64,000 bases of DNA from Octopus sinensis (lineage: Eukaryota): contig NC_043000.1 in assembly GCF_006345805.1 (NCBI RefSeq), positions 111,042,001-111,106,000 of the forward strand. Direction: 5' to 3'. Under the pieces are notes generated by a model. That model did not search any database, was not told the DNA's origin, and saw only the letters and a program-made list of their open reading frames with translations. Both the position numbers and the translations under genes were made by a program. Positions 38,181-52,596 of this stretch are shown here, piece after piece; position 1 is the stretch's first letter, and each line of letters starts with the position of its first letter.

Positions 38181-38457
38181 GATATATATATATATACTAT
38201 ATATATACATTATATATTTAAGTATATATATATATATAAGTATTATATATATAAGTATATATATTAAGTATATTATATATAAGTATATATATATATATAA
38301 GTATATATATATATATAAGTATATATATATATAAGTATATATATATATAGTATATATATATATAAGTTATATATATATATAAGTATATATATATAATTAT
38401 ATATATATATTATATATAATATATATATATATATATATAAGTATATATATATATAAG

Positions 38458-38503
<46 letters not shown>

Positions 38504-38527
38504 TATATATATAAGTATATATATAAG

Positions 38528-38558
<31 letters not shown>

Positions 38559-38560
38559 AA
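38110..38560. repeat. Degenerate (TA)n / TATAAG low-complexity array
   Basis: Direct reading. Confidence 0.9.
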
Positions 38561-38683
38561 ATAAAATAAAATAAAATAAAAATTTACTCCACCACCTACA
38601 CCACCAAACGGTATACACAGGTGCTTATAATTATCAAGTACTCACCCCGAATTTCTATATATATATATAAGTATATACATAAG

Positions 38684-38718
<35 letters not shown>

Positions 38719-38831
38719 TATACACACACACTTGTGTATGGATCTATGCATACAGGTTTGTATGTATATATGAATACAAACATAGACACCTGCATATGTA
38801 TGTGTGCATATGCGTGTGCGTATATATATAT

Positions 38832-38884
<53 letters not shown>

Positions 38885-39603
38885 CAGAATAAACATCAAT
38901 GGGAATATACTTTAACGTCAGTAGTGAGTGTGTATACGCATATGTATGTGTGTGTGTATGCGTATGTATGTGAGTAGTGTGTGTGTGTGTATGTGTGAGT
39001 GCGTTTGCATACGTGTATGTGCGTGTATACGTGTCTGTGTGTATGAGTGTGTTTGTGTTTGAGTATTATGTGTATGTTTGTGTACTTGTGTCTGTATGAG
39101 TGAGTGTTTTTGCGCGCTCGTATGCATTTGTGTGTATGTGTGCATATGTATGTATGTGTCTACTTGTATGTGCATGCGTGTGTATGCGTGTGTTTATATG
39201 TCTGTGTGTCCGTATCAGTCACGCCTGACTTCACTGTCGTCTGGTATAAAACCGTTCTGTTTGTTGCCCAGTGTTTCACATTTAGTGATGTCATTCGAAC
39301 AGTCGATGTTGTTATTATTGCTATAGTTTATTCCCAGGTCATCCCTAGTCGAACACATGCTAGCCGTGACCATCGTGTCGAATCCCACCCGGAAATACCA
39401 TATCCAGTAATGACCGCTATTAATTTATATTCTTTTAGATTTCTATTTTGAAGATCAGTAATGCGTGATGTGAGAGGGATTTGCATGGCTGCTGTGTTTA
39501 GCATTCAGAGGCACCGTCCGTTGATTTGCACGCGTGGGAATAATGGAGGAACAATAGAAGGATAACAGGAGAATAATAGGAGAATAGGACGGAAATAACA
39601 TTG

Positions 39604-39604
<1 letters not shown>

Positions 39605-39681
<77 letters not shown>
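39605..39681. repeat. (TAA)n microsatellite
   Basis: Direct reading. Confidence 0.95.
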
Positions 39682-39682
<1 letters not shown>

Positions 39683-40149
39683 CTAGAAACTCATTTTGAA
39701 AGAAAGAAAAAGAAAGACAAGAAAATTAAGAAGATCCACCTAAGAACATAAGAATGGAATTTACTCGTGTTCGGTGTTGGTGAAGTCGTTTCCTAATTAA
39801 GTTTAAACAGGTAAGTTTTAAATACATTTACCTTTCACATTTTATGTTTTTTTTTTCTTTACTTGTTTCAGTCATTGGACTGTGGCCATGCTGGAGGCAT
39901 CGTCTCCAAGGGTTTTACTCGAACAAATTGACCCTTGGGCTTGTTTTTCAGTTTGGTGCTTTTTAGACCGGTTTATTTTGCTGAACTACTTTGTTACGGG
40001 GAAGTAAACAACCCAAAAAGCGCTTGAAGGGTGGGGGGGATAAACACACGCGCAGGCACACACGCACGCACGTATCTTTGTTTCATACATAATGTCTACA
40101 CGTTAATTATGGTACATTGAAGACAAATTTTAATTAAATACTGCCTCAG

Positions 40150-40641
<492 letters not shown>

Positions 40642-40866
40642 ATATATATACACGACAGGGTTCCACACAGTTTCCGTTTACCAAATTCACTCACAACGCA
40701 TTAGTTCGCCTGTGACTACAGTAGAAGTCACCCAAGATGCCACGCAGTGAGATTGAACCCGAAACCACGCAGCTGCCAAGCGTCTTAAACCACTTTGCAT
40801 GTTTGATAATTGTTGTCAATGTTTGCTATACGTTTGTTTTAGAGTTAACATTGATGGAGTCACGGT

Positions 40867-41060
40867 AGGCGGCGAGATGGCCGAGTGATTAGCAAACTGC
40901 TTAGCGGCATTTCGTCCATCTTCACGTTCTGAGTTCAAACTCCGCTGGAGTCGATTTGCCTTTCGGGGTCAATAAAATATGTACCAGTCGAGTACTGGGG
41001 TCGATATAATCGACTTGTCCCTTCCCTTGAAGTTTCGGGCCTTGTGCTCATAGTAGAAAG
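40867..41060 (+). mobile_element. SINE family B (tail B)
   Basis: AGGCGGCGAGATGGC...GTTCTGAGTTCAAAC...GGCCTTGTGCTCATAGTAGAAAGG. Confidence 0.75.
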
Positions 41061-41397
41061 GATAGATTGAGTTATCGACTAAAGATCAATGACAATCCGA
41101 TCGTGATCATCCTGCCTTTATCAAGATATTTAGAGCTACACGAGCGTTCTTTTATCTTTTACTTGTTTCAGTCATTGGGCTGCGGCCATGCTGGGGTACC
41201 GTCACTTCTTTGAAAGGCACGAGCTGGCAGAATCTTCTGCGGATCAGAAGAACTGCTATTCGGTATCCTTTTGGTTCTCTGCGTTCGAGTTTCAAATCCT
41301 GCCTAGGTCAGCTTTACCCTTTATCCCTCCGGCGTCGGTCGAGTAAAGTACCAATCTAATGCTGAAGAGGACTTTTTTTGGGTTTTTTTGTAGTGTC

Positions 41398-42042
41398 TTT
41401 TATCTTTTATTTTTGACTTGTTTCAGTTATTGGACTGCGGCCATGCTGGGGCACCGCCTTGAAGGGTTTTTTTTTTCTTTAAAGCCTGGTACTTATTCTA
41501 TCGGACTTTTCTTCCGAATCGCTAAGTTACGGAGACGTAAACACACTAACGCCGGTTGTCAAGCGGTGAAGGGGGACAAACACAGACACACACACAGATA
41601 TATATATATATATGATGGGGTTCTTTCAGCTTCCGTCTGCCAAATCCACTCACAAGGCTTTGGTCGGCCCGAGGCTATAGTAGAAGACACTTGCCCAAGG
41701 TGCTACGCGGTGGGACTGAACCCGGAACCATGTTGTTGAGAAGCAAACTTCTTACTACACAATCACACACATACATACACACACATGTCGAGCGATGGTG
41801 GGGGGAGGGGCAAACACACACACACGCACACACACATCGGTTGTCAAGCGATGATAGGGGAAAAACACAGATACACAAACACACACACATATATACGACG
41901 GTCTTTCAGTTTCCGTCCACCAAATCCACTCAAGGCTTTGGTCGGTCCGAGGCTACAGTAGAAGACACGTGCCCAAGGTACCACGCTGTGGTACTGAACC
42001 CAGAACCATGTGTTTGGTAACCACACAGCTACTCCTGCGCCT
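41398..42042 (-). mobile_element. Two adjacent SINE family A copies
   Basis: Two sets of CAAATCCACTC..AAGGCTTTGGTCGG / GAAGACAC blocks. Confidence 0.8.
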
Positions 42043-42101
42043 ATACATTTTTCAAAAATAAACACTAAAAATATTTTAGGAAGAAAACCATATTTCTAGT
42101 C

Positions 42102-43255
42102 TATCAGGTCATCCCATAAGTTCTGTCCAATTTTACATTTTTTAAAATTTAATGAAATTTAATAGTATTTTAGAATGTCTATTGGAATTAAAAATTATTT
42201 TTATGCATTTGTGTACATTTCAACTAATTAAATATTATTTTACTGAATAATAGAATTAAAATTTCTTTGGTTAAAACCCTTACTAACATGGAAGTATCCA
42301 AAGCGCATACAAAAAATGAAATTCTGCAACTGAAGCGACTCGAAACATACACTCAGTTTATGGGACAGAATACTTGAATGAAATAACTTGCAGAAGATGG
42401 CTTTCAAAATTCAGAAGTGGAGATTTCAGACTTGAAGATGAAGATCGAACAGGACGTCCAGTTTTGAAGAAAATCCTGCGTTATCAGTTGATGAATTGAC
42501 AATAAAACTTAGTTCATACCATCGTCATCTTCAACAACTTGGAAAGGTTCCTAAGCTTGGAAAATGGGTACCTCATGAATTGTCCGAAAGCAACCGCAAA
42601 TCCTGAGTTGACATCTGCTCTTCTCTCCGTTCTCGCGGACCCATTTTCACCCTTTTTGGATAGACTTGTGACTGGGGACGAAAAATGGATCTTCTGTCGA
42701 AATGTTAAACGTCGTAAACAGTGGCTTGGTAAAAGGGAAAAAGCTCAACCACAACCGAGAATGGAGCTTCATAGGAAAAAGGTTCTTTTCTCTATCTTGT
42801 TGGATTGCGAAGGAGTAATTCACTTTCAACTGTTACCACTTAATGCAACAATCAATGCTCAAGTCTAGTGTCAGCAATTAGAGTATTTGAACCAGGCTTT
42901 GAAGAAAAGAAACCCTGCTGAAGTGAATCGAAAAGGAGTGGTGGTTCATCAGGACAATGCGTGACCCCACACTGCAAAGATCACATCACAGAAGATCGAA
43001 GAGCTTGGTTGGGAAAAAATTCCTCATCCACCTTATTCTCCAGACCTTGCTCCTTCAGACTACCATTTGTTTCGTAGTTTACAGAATCATTACGGGGACA
43101 TAACTTTCGCAAGCCAGGAGGAGGTCAAAACTGGCATTTCAGAGCTCTTCGCTTTGAAACCAAAAGAGTTTTACATTGATGGGATTGAAAAGCTTGTAAA
43201 TAGATGGAAGGAAGTCATAGATAATCAGGGAAAGTACATTGATGATTAAATTTCA
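42102..43255 (+). mobile_element. Tc1/mariner (mariner DD34D-type) element, decayed
   Basis: TA-TCAGGTCATCCCATAAGTTCTGTCC left end and transposase motifs. Right TIR not seen. Confidence 0.85.
42288..43249 (+). pseudogene. Mariner transposase
   Basis: KWVPHEL, LVTGDEKWI, HQDNA*PH, HPPYSPDLAPSDYHLFRSLQNH, GKYIDD*; contains stops and frameshifts. Confidence 0.9.
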
Positions 43256-44129
43256 ATGTGCAATCGACCCTAATGTTTACTTTTTTAAGTCAAGTATTTA
43301 TTGTACCGGACTCTTTTGCCAAACAGCTAATGTTATGGGGACGTAAACAAGCCATCATCGGTTGTCAGTCGAAACAAATACTGACAGAGACATGCAGACA
43401 CAGACAAATATACGGGGCTTCTACATAGTTTCCAACAACTAAATTCACATACAAACCATTAGTCGCCCGGGATGGGACTATAGTAGCAGACACTTGCCCC
43501 ATTTCTGCGCAGTGGCACTGAACCCGAAACTACACGATTGCATAACCAGCTCCTTAACCACAAAGCCATGTCTGCGCATGTCTGGAATTAATTAAATTGT
43601 TGTTAATAAGAATGAACTTCTGATGAATAACTCCTAAAATACAGTCTTCGTCTGTCAATTCTCAAGTTTACAAATATGTCAAAGTGACATGTCAATCAAT
43701 GAATTTTTCTCCAAAACATGATCAATAATTACTTTATCGATCTTTGCAGAATGCTATGAGATAAAACTAAATACTGCAATGCTGTTTAATCCTGGATTCT
43801 GTTATTTCTACGACACCATCCCTTCTTTGGGTTTTTAAGGAATTGTTGTTTAAGCACAAGGTAGGTGACGTTGAGGAAAGAGGGAGGGAGAGATATATAT
43901 ATATAGAGAGAGAGAGAGCAAGTGAAAACCATCGAATTCACTATTTGAATGGTTCTTTATTTTATCGATCGCAAAAGAAAATTAAAATTAAAAATGACCT
44001 AACCTAGGCGTGACTCGAACTCAGAACACCAAGAGTGAGAACAATTACCGCAAGCCATTTTTCCGATCCTTAATGATTCTGCAAGTTGTCGTGATGACGA
44101 TGATGATGATGATGATGGACATCTGATAC

Positions 44130-44433
44130 TAGCACTCCGTCAGTTACGACGACGAGGGTTCCAGTTGATATGATCCACAGAACAGCCTGCTCGTGTAATT
44201 AACGTGCAAGTGGCTGAGCACTCCACAGACCCTTAAGGAGGTTCAACGTTGCCACAGAATATGACAACGCTGGCCATTTAAAATCCAGTTGCTACTCAAT
44301 TTTGCCAGCTGTGTTGACCGGAGCAACGTGAAATATAGTACCTTGCTCAAGGAAACGACGGTGGCCAGGGATCAAACGCACGATCTTACGATTATGTGCC
44401 GAACGCCCTGACCACTGAGCCACGTGTCTTCAC
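44130..44433 (-). mobile_element. SINE family C
   Basis: Shares the GTGGAGTGCTCAGCCACTTGCACGTTAATT tail with the 32848 copy and has a tRNA-like head. Confidence 0.75.
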
Positions 44434-44563
44434 ATGCAGCTGATACTATAACACACAATACCACCTATTCTCATGCAACTCGCAGTTTACTCAATTGACG
44501 CCACCTTGCAATACAGTCACTCCATCCAGATTCTTTTTGTAAGAATATTGGCCAAAAATATTG

Positions 44564-44800
44564 AAGGCGGCGAGCTGGTAGAAACGTTAGCACACCGGGC
44601 GAAATGCTCAGCGGTATTTCGTCTGCCGTTACGTTTTGAGTTCAAATTCCGCCGAGGTCGACTTTGCCTTTCATCCTTTCGGGGTCGATAAATTAAGTAC
44701 CAGTTACACACTGGGGTCGATGTAATCGACTTAATCCCTTTGTCTGTCCTTGTTTGCCCCCTCTATGTTTAGCCCCTTGTGGGCAGTAAAGAAATAAGAA
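44564..44800 (+). mobile_element. SINE family B with Tx1-like tail A, TSD present
   Basis: Full length; flanked by AAGAATATTGG(C/T)CAAAAAT at about 44540 and 44796. Confidence 0.9.
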
Positions 44801-45845
44801 TATTGGTCAAAAATCTATAACACTGCATTTAGTAGAGTTCCAAGCCCCAAATTCTCAACCGTTCACTGTAGATGCTGCTAATATGTTGTCAGTTACGATG
44901 GATACTTTTATGATCGTAGTCAACAAGACTGGCTCATGAATGAGAATCTTGTTGCGTATCTCATCCAAATCTAGCGCTCGTCTCCTCACACAGCTACTCG
45001 CCGTTTCCCTTATATTATCGACTCTTTGCAATACTCCACTTCCTCTGGCAATAATTGCAGTAGGTTTGCCACTTCCCTCAAAGTCTTGGAAAATGTATTG
45101 CTAAAAGTTTTTATAATTCTGCTTGAAAACGTATAGTATACACCCATCAAAATCTAAACTATGGTTTTGTTTGCACATTGCCCTGCTGTCACTCTTTTCA
45201 TCCCAATTCTGTAAACCGGCGTTCACGTGTGTAAGAGAACACAACCTAGCTTAAACCGAGCAATGCTTTGTGTCAAAGCCATGTTCGAGTGCTATTTTTC
45301 TCTGCTAGCATATCAGTTGCGTTGCTTTTGCTTGTCGACTCAGCTTAACCCCGATATAACCAATTCCAACAGACGACACTATATCCATAAAATAAAGCGG
45401 GAAAATTATCTTATTTTTAAAGATCTGAAGATAAAGATAACCAATATGTGGTGAATCCCAATAATAACAGAGAAATAATCTCTGTAATAATAATGATACG
45501 AGGGTTATACCGGAAGTAACGCTAAAATGAGTATATTTTTTTTTCTTAACTGATATAGTTTACATATTTGTTGAGGAATTCATCTTCTATACACTGATAC
45601 CCCATATAAAAACAAAATCTCTATCAGATGCCATCGTTAAACCCAACTTACAAATCCTCTTTGAAAGATTACAGGTGGACACAATTGTACTTACAAACAT
45701 ACACATACATAATACATATGTACACAGACAATACATTCAAACATACATTCATACATACGCACATTACACATATACGTATATCGTTGCACACATGCATACA
45801 TTCATATATGCATAATACATACATACATACATACGTATATGCATA

Positions 45846-45949
<104 letters not shown>

Positions 45950-46024
45950 CATACATACATACATACTTACATACATACATACTTACATACGTACATACAT
46001 ACGTACATAATACTATGATAGTAT

Positions 46025-48140
46025 AGGCATTTCAAAGGGAATATTCCAGGGAGAGAGTCTTTCTGTACTTCCTTTCATGTTGGCACTGAATCCATTATCA
46101 TTTCTATTGCAGAGAACAAATGGTTACAGGCTAGGGTCTTGAACTGCTAGAAATATCAATGTAACTCATAATTTCTTTGCAGACGTCTTGAAGATTTATG
46201 CTAAAAGTGATAACAATGCCAAAAACAATTGTAATTAATATCAACATTTTCAGCTGATATAAGCATAGAATTTGGCCAAAAGAAATGTTCATATTTGGTT
46301 ACAGAACGAGGAAAGTCAGTCCCCCAAACCCCAAACCTGTGCATCAACGGTCTCTCTGTTTCCATCATTCCACACAAAGAATGTTACAAGTACCTAGGCA
46401 TAGACGAAAATGTATCAAATGAAGGCACTGTGAATGAAGATACATCGACCCGAAAATATTACACCAGACGTAGGCGAATATGGCAATCGGAACCCTCCTC
46501 TTACAACAAGGCAATATCCCACAATGCATTTGCAGTACCAGTGCTGATCCCAACATTTGGGATACTTGATTGGTCCGTAGAGAAAATCCACTCCATAAAT
46601 ATCAAAACCCGCAAAATCCTGACAACAACTGGGAACTTCCACAGAAACAGTGATGTTGCCAAGTTCTAAGAAATGAAGATGGTTGAGATCAGTGCAGAGA
46701 GATTGAGAGTTGAGATCAGTACAGATGGCCTTCGAATGACGTATGGTATCACTCAGGCAAAACCTGCTAAACAACAGTAGCAAAAATATATATATAGATT
46801 CAGTGCTGAAAAGTGAAGTGAGCAACATTGTACGAGTTGGCAGGGAACTCCTCAAGAAACACTCTCTTCTTGATCTCTTATACAGCCCCAAAACAGCTGG
46901 GCTCTCTTACCTCAGAGAAGACGTGGATGGAAAGCATTCAGCATACAAAACCAAAAGACCATGTATGGGCATGTTGCCCGAAAGCTTGAAGAAGACACTA
47001 GAATTGACACGAAACGTAGTTTCTCTTGGACACAAGACTACTACATCACATCACACTTTGAAGGCCATGTGTTCGCAAAGTACCTGACGAACAAGAGAGA
47101 CAGTGACGCTCTTGGAATCTCAGGGTGCAACTGCATGTCTAGGCTATGTCATGTTTCTGTGGAAGACATTATGCATGTGATTAGCAGCTGTCCTAAAACG
47201 TCGAGACGGTACTACCTCCCTATGCGGTACGATGTTGTAGCTAAAACAGTTTACAATGCCATCCACAAAAAAGACTGTCCTAAAATAAACTTAGAAAATT
47301 CCTCTGTTATGGAAATACATTCATAAACACCAACTCAAAGAATACTAGTGGAATATTGCCATCAAAACTTCTGTCAAATGTAAACATAACAGACCAGATA
47401 TTGTTGTTTGGACAGAGGGGCAAAGGTATGAACCATCATAGAGGTCAGCAGCCTTGCAGATATAAATAGCTTTTTGAAAACCAAAGGGAAAGAGGATATC
47501 TATGGATAACTGCTTCGAAACCTCCAGCTTCTATATTCAGACTATGAATTCATATTCATACCAATAATAATTGGAGAACTAGGTCTTGTTAGTAAATGCT
47601 TAAAGAAGAATCTGAATAAACTGGGATTTTCAGAAAGAGAAATTGACCGGCTGATTCGTACAAGTCCAATCTGGGAGTGGAACAGTAAAAATATGCAAGA
47701 TTTTCTCAAGTTCCAAATGTGGATTTTCTCAAGTTCCAAAGATGGAGCCTAGTATCTTTGTAGGAAACCCGCTCCCTCCTCAGTGGAAGATTTATAATAA
47801 ATATAAAAAAATAGAAGAGACATACATACATAAAACACAAATCTGCACATACATACATAGATACATATATACATACATACATATATGCATACATACAAAA
47901 TACCCTATTGTTGATGTTGAAATTCCAGTGAAGGAACCTTGGATCTAGGCTAGAAACCGGTTCTTTCTCTTTTAGCAAGAAATCTTGAAATAAACTGAAT
48001 AATGACATACATACATACAAACAAAAATACCTTGTTGTTGATGTTGGAATTCCAATGAAGAAGCCTTTGATCTAGGTTAGAAACCGGTTCTTTCTCTTTT
48101 AGCAAGAAATCTTGAAATAAACTGAATAATGACATACATA
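46025..48140 (+). mobile_element. 5'-truncated R4/Dong-type (RLE) LINE in a (CATA)n context, with duplicated 3' tail
   Basis: GIFQGESLS, HNFFADVLKIYA, YKYLGI, RLC..VEDIMHVISSC, RYDVVAK, HNRPDIVV, PIIIGELG. 3' tail copies at 47903-48006 and 48028-48132, each followed by CATA repeats. Confidence 0.8.
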
Positions 48141-48975
48141 CATGTTGAAATTCCAAGGTTAAAAAAACATTATTATATAAACATTCAACACAAAAGAATA
48201 AAGAAGAAAAATGTAGCCAATAACTCCGTAAACATGTACTTGAACTGGCGCCGGCATTCACCCGGGGTGGGTTGAACCAGCTCCATACATACATACATAA
48301 CATACATAAAGAAAACAACATTACAACCAAACTAGAAACAAGATCGAAATTCGAATAATGATGAAAAGTACAGACATCACCATGGAAACGCTCAAGTAAA
48401 AACCCCAACCGCAACATTACTGTACGCTTGACCCGGCACTTAACAATAAACCTAATGAAAACAGACATAAAAATCACAATAGATGAACCAGAGTTAACCT
48501 TGAGGAGTACTTTAGCAAGATTCAGGGAGTGTGGCAAAATCAATGAGCGTGACTGGACAGAAACACTTGTCGTGGCAACACATGAACGAACAACCAGACA
48601 AGGAAGTTGTGGGTTATGACAGGACTTGATAAGGAATTATGGAAGTAGAAGAACCGAAACGAGTGAAATGTCAATCGAGTTTCTGATTTGATCTGTTTAG
48701 GAATAGACTCGGTAAAGATCAAAAGCCAGACGTGATCAGGTGAGAAAATGATGTGTCTGTGTGCGCGCCTGTGTGAGTGAGTGTGTGTACCTGTGTGTGA
48801 GTGTGTGTGTGTGTGTCAATGTGAGTGTGTGTGCCAGTGTGTGAGTGTGTGTGTGCCTGTGTAGTGCGTGTGTGTGAGAGTGTGTGCTTGTGTATGTGTG
48901 TGTGCCTATGTATGTGTGTGTGTGCCTGTGTGTGTGTCTGTGTGTATGTGTGCATGTGTGTGTGTGCCTGTGTGT

Positions 48976-49345
48976 ATTTCAGTCATTTGACTGCGGCCAT
49001 ACTGGAGCACCGCCTTTAGTCGAGCAAATCGACCCCAGGACTTATTCTTTGTAAGCCTAGTACTTATTCTATCGGTCACTTTTGCCGAACCGCTAAGTTA
49101 CGGGGACGTAAACATTCCAGCATCGGTTGTCAAACAATGTTAGGGGGACAAACATATACACACATACATATATATACATATATACAACGGGCTTTCAGTT
49201 TCTGTCTCTTAAATCCACACACTAGGCCTTGGTCGGCCCGAGGCTATAGTAGAAGACACTTGCCCAAGGTGCCACGCAGTGTGAATGAACCCGGAACCAT
49301 GTGGTTCGTAAGCAAGCTACTTACCACACAGCCACTCCTGCGCCT
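48976..49345 (-). mobile_element. SINE family A
   Basis: Full match. Confidence 0.85.
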
Positions 49346-49516
49346 CGTTGTTTATCTTTTTTTTTTCTTGAATTTGACGATGGATACAGGAAAGAATATA
49401 TGAAAAATGTAATTCTTAAGACCAACTCACATATTCATAGCGGGTGGTGGCGTGTATACATCTTCGACAAAAACAATTATTGTGATGCTCAGTTTATAAA
49501 TGATATTAAACATAAC

Positions 49517-49932
49517 AGGCGCAGGAGTGGCCGTATGATAAGAAGCCTGCTTCCCAACCACATGGTTCCGGGTTCAGTCCCACTGCGTGGCACTTTTGGC
49601 AAGTGTCTTCTACTACAGCTTTGGGCCGACCAAAGGCTTCTGAGTGGATTTGGTAGACGGAAACTGAAAGAAGCCCGTCGTATATATATGTGTGTGCGTT
49701 TTTGTGTGTGTGTGTGTGTGTATTTGTGTGTCTGTGTTTGCACCCTCACCATTACTTGACAACCGATGTTGGTGGGTTTACGTCCCCGCATCTTAGCGGT
49801 TCGGCAAAAGAATCAGATAGACTAAGTACTAAGCTTACAAAGATTAAGTCCTGAGGCCGATTTGTTCGTCTAAAGGTGGTGCTCCAGCATGGCCGCAGTC
49901 AAATGACTGAAATAAGTAGAAGAATAAGAGAA
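49517..49932 (+). mobile_element. SINE family A
   Basis: Full match; divergently oriented to the 48976 copy. Confidence 0.85.
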
Positions 49933-50850
49933 TAATATATTTACGTTTCGAAGAATTCCACCGTAGAATTCATTAATGGCTGATTTCGCATGCGAACTCT
50001 GGAATTATATTTTCTTAATACCCTTTCAATTTCGCCCGTTTTGGATTACTTTGATTTCGTTGTTAGTTTATATTTTCGGATATATATTCTAATATTTTGG
50101 CACAGTAGAAACGATAATGTACAGCGCGATCATCAATTATCAAAGATGTGATTCTTTCCCTTCTTGTTCTTACACCATAATACCCCGAATTTCTTGAAAT
50201 TCTTCCAGGCGATATTTGGATTCACTTGTCATGCATGAACAATTATCTTGGGTGTTAAATTCTACTTGAATTTCTTAGAGTGTTGATCATTGCAGAGGTT
50301 TCATTGACCAAGTCACCACCAATTATTGGAGCACACACAGCCTGGTTTTGAAGCAGGTTCTAGAGACATTCTTTAACAAAAACTAAGCGGGGTGCCCCAC
50401 TCTCAGTGGTTTTCCAGCACACTGGTAATTCTGAGGACCTGTGAAAACATGGCCGACAATAACTAAGGAATTTACCAATACATTAGAAAGTACACACGAC
50501 TAAGAAGTCGGAGAGATCGATAACCCGCCCACCCAGTTTCTTCCAGAAACGCCAAAACATCGTTTATGAATCTGTGGTAGCAGTATTTAATGAACAGGGT
50601 TAAAAGTCGAGCGTTTGTGGCAAGAGAAAATCATACTGATTTCCAAAAATATAAACATTAAAGAGTTCCAAATTTAAGGGCGATAACTTGTTTATTAGCG
50701 ACTAACAAATTCCTTATATTTAAAATAATATTTTAAACAGAATGGACAGCAGGAATATCTTATTAGAGGAGTTCAGAGGATGCTGGAACGGATGTAAAGA
50801 GCAGCTACTGATGAATCTAAAACAGGTAATCATCACAGACAGTGGTAATA

Positions 50851-51215
50851 TAGGCGCAGGAGTTGCTGTGTGGTAAGGGGCTTGCTTACCAACCACATGG
50901 TTCCAGGTTCAGTCCCACAGCGTGGCACGTTGGGAAAGTGTCTTCTACTATAGCCTCGGACCGTCCAAAGTCTTATGAATGGATTTGGTAGACGAAAACT
51001 GAAAGAAGCCCATCGTGTGTGTTTGTCTCTCCAGCATCGTTTGACAACCGATGTTGATGTATTTACGTCCACGTAACTTGGCGGCTCGGCAAAAGACACC
51101 GATAGAATAAGTACTAGGCTTACAAAGAATAAGTCCAGGGGTCGGTTTGTTCGACTAAATGCGGTACTCCAGCATGGTCGCAGTCAAATGACTGAAACAA
51201 GTAAAAGAATAAAAA
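50851..51215 (+). mobile_element. SINE family A
   Basis: Full match. Confidence 0.85.
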
Positions 51216-51279
51216 GTAAAACAGGAGAAAACAGAAAATGAGTTAATTAATGAAAAGCATTTGTTAATTTCCTGGGAAC

Positions 51280-51700
51280 TTTTCCCAGAAATACGAGTAA
51301 AGCAGCTCCAGTAATGAAACTGCACATTAACGATGCTGTGTGATAATGGAAGGCAGCCATATTGCCCTATGACGAAGAGGACGTGTTTAAACCATCCCCG
51401 ATACGCATAAAAAGAGAAACATTTCAGGGTGACACATTATTTCCTCCTCTCATAAACAAATCGGCTGAATTAAATCCCCAATGGTTATGAATGTGACGGA
51501 CAAATTATAAATTATATCATTATACGTATGGCTTAATACTGCTTACAAGAGACAATACCGAAGTAACTATTAATTGGACATGAACTCAATCAATTACGTA
51601 TGGATGAGCTCAGGATAAGAGAAATGCGTCAAAGATGCAAGAGGAAGAAAATTAATAAAAAATGATAACATTAAATTAATCCAGATCTTAAAATCAGAAA
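51280..51700 (+). pseudogene. Highly decayed R4-like RT fragment
   Basis: PIRIKRETFQGDTL.P, GYE.., G.EKC-like motifs. Confidence 0.4.
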
Positions 51701-52049
51701 ATTATAACTAATTACGGCTTTCATTCGCAATTGAGGATAAACTGGTATCAACATGCATCATATTTTTCGCTAAATATTTCTGGGGTGCCTATGCTGTTGC
51801 GAGTAGTCGAGAGACAAAAAGCCTCTTTCACCGTCACATCCTTTACTCAAAGGAACATTCTAGATGTGACAGCTGGGATGGGACAAGTTTAAAAGTTAAT
51901 CTTAAAGATCTTCCTAAAAATCCTAATCGGATTCCAGAGATGAAATACGAAGTGCCAGTAGCTTTGCAGTTTGCTGAAGATATTTATCGCATATATCATA
52001 AAAAGAATGAGAATGATTCCAGCCATTACTTCACTGATGCTTTACTATT

Positions 52050-52596
52050 ATTGAGTGAGAGAACAGTGCATGACATCAAGGTGACACTGGGGTAAAATAT
52101 ACGAAGCCCAGTATACCCATCATGACTACCCGTCTGATAAGGGTACACTAGCCACATGCATCACAACCATATGTGTGTCATATGGTGATCTCATATCAAA
52201 ATAAACAGCACATGACCTTGCAGGTGGGGACCGGTTAGAATTTTCTTCTGGTCGAGTAGCCCACCCCGCTCAAAAGATCCCTGAATAAGGATGTTGAACG
52301 AAACACCCATGTTTCCAGAGGTGAATTATTCAAACCCCAAAGAATCCCTCTCAACACATGGCTATGATGCTCCCCCACTACTTCTACTCGTGATCAGAGA
52401 TGCACATATCATCAGCCACCAAGAGACATGCTCAACTGGTTATGGTCAAACAACTGACAAGTAAATCTGTGGTATTGAGCAGAATATTTGCTGTAGCCCA
52501 TCTTTTATACCAAGACAAAACAAGGTACATGATAACACTTCCAATCAGCTAAGATCAGAAGCCACGAGAGCCACTGCCTGGTACTACATCAGGGCA
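52050..52596. mobile_element. Unclassified interspersed repeat adjoining (TAA)n
   Basis: About 340 bp near identical to 57066-57406. Both end at ATCAGGGCA followed by (TTA)n. Confidence 0.7.

Noticed and set aside
39805-39816. Strong splice donor ACAG|GTAAGT (others on the minus strand near 13040 and 29408)
   Set aside because: No supportable coding exon or acceptor; needs RNA evidence.
48200-48740. Possible additional LINE ORF1-like remnant
   Set aside because: No motif strong enough to assign by eye.
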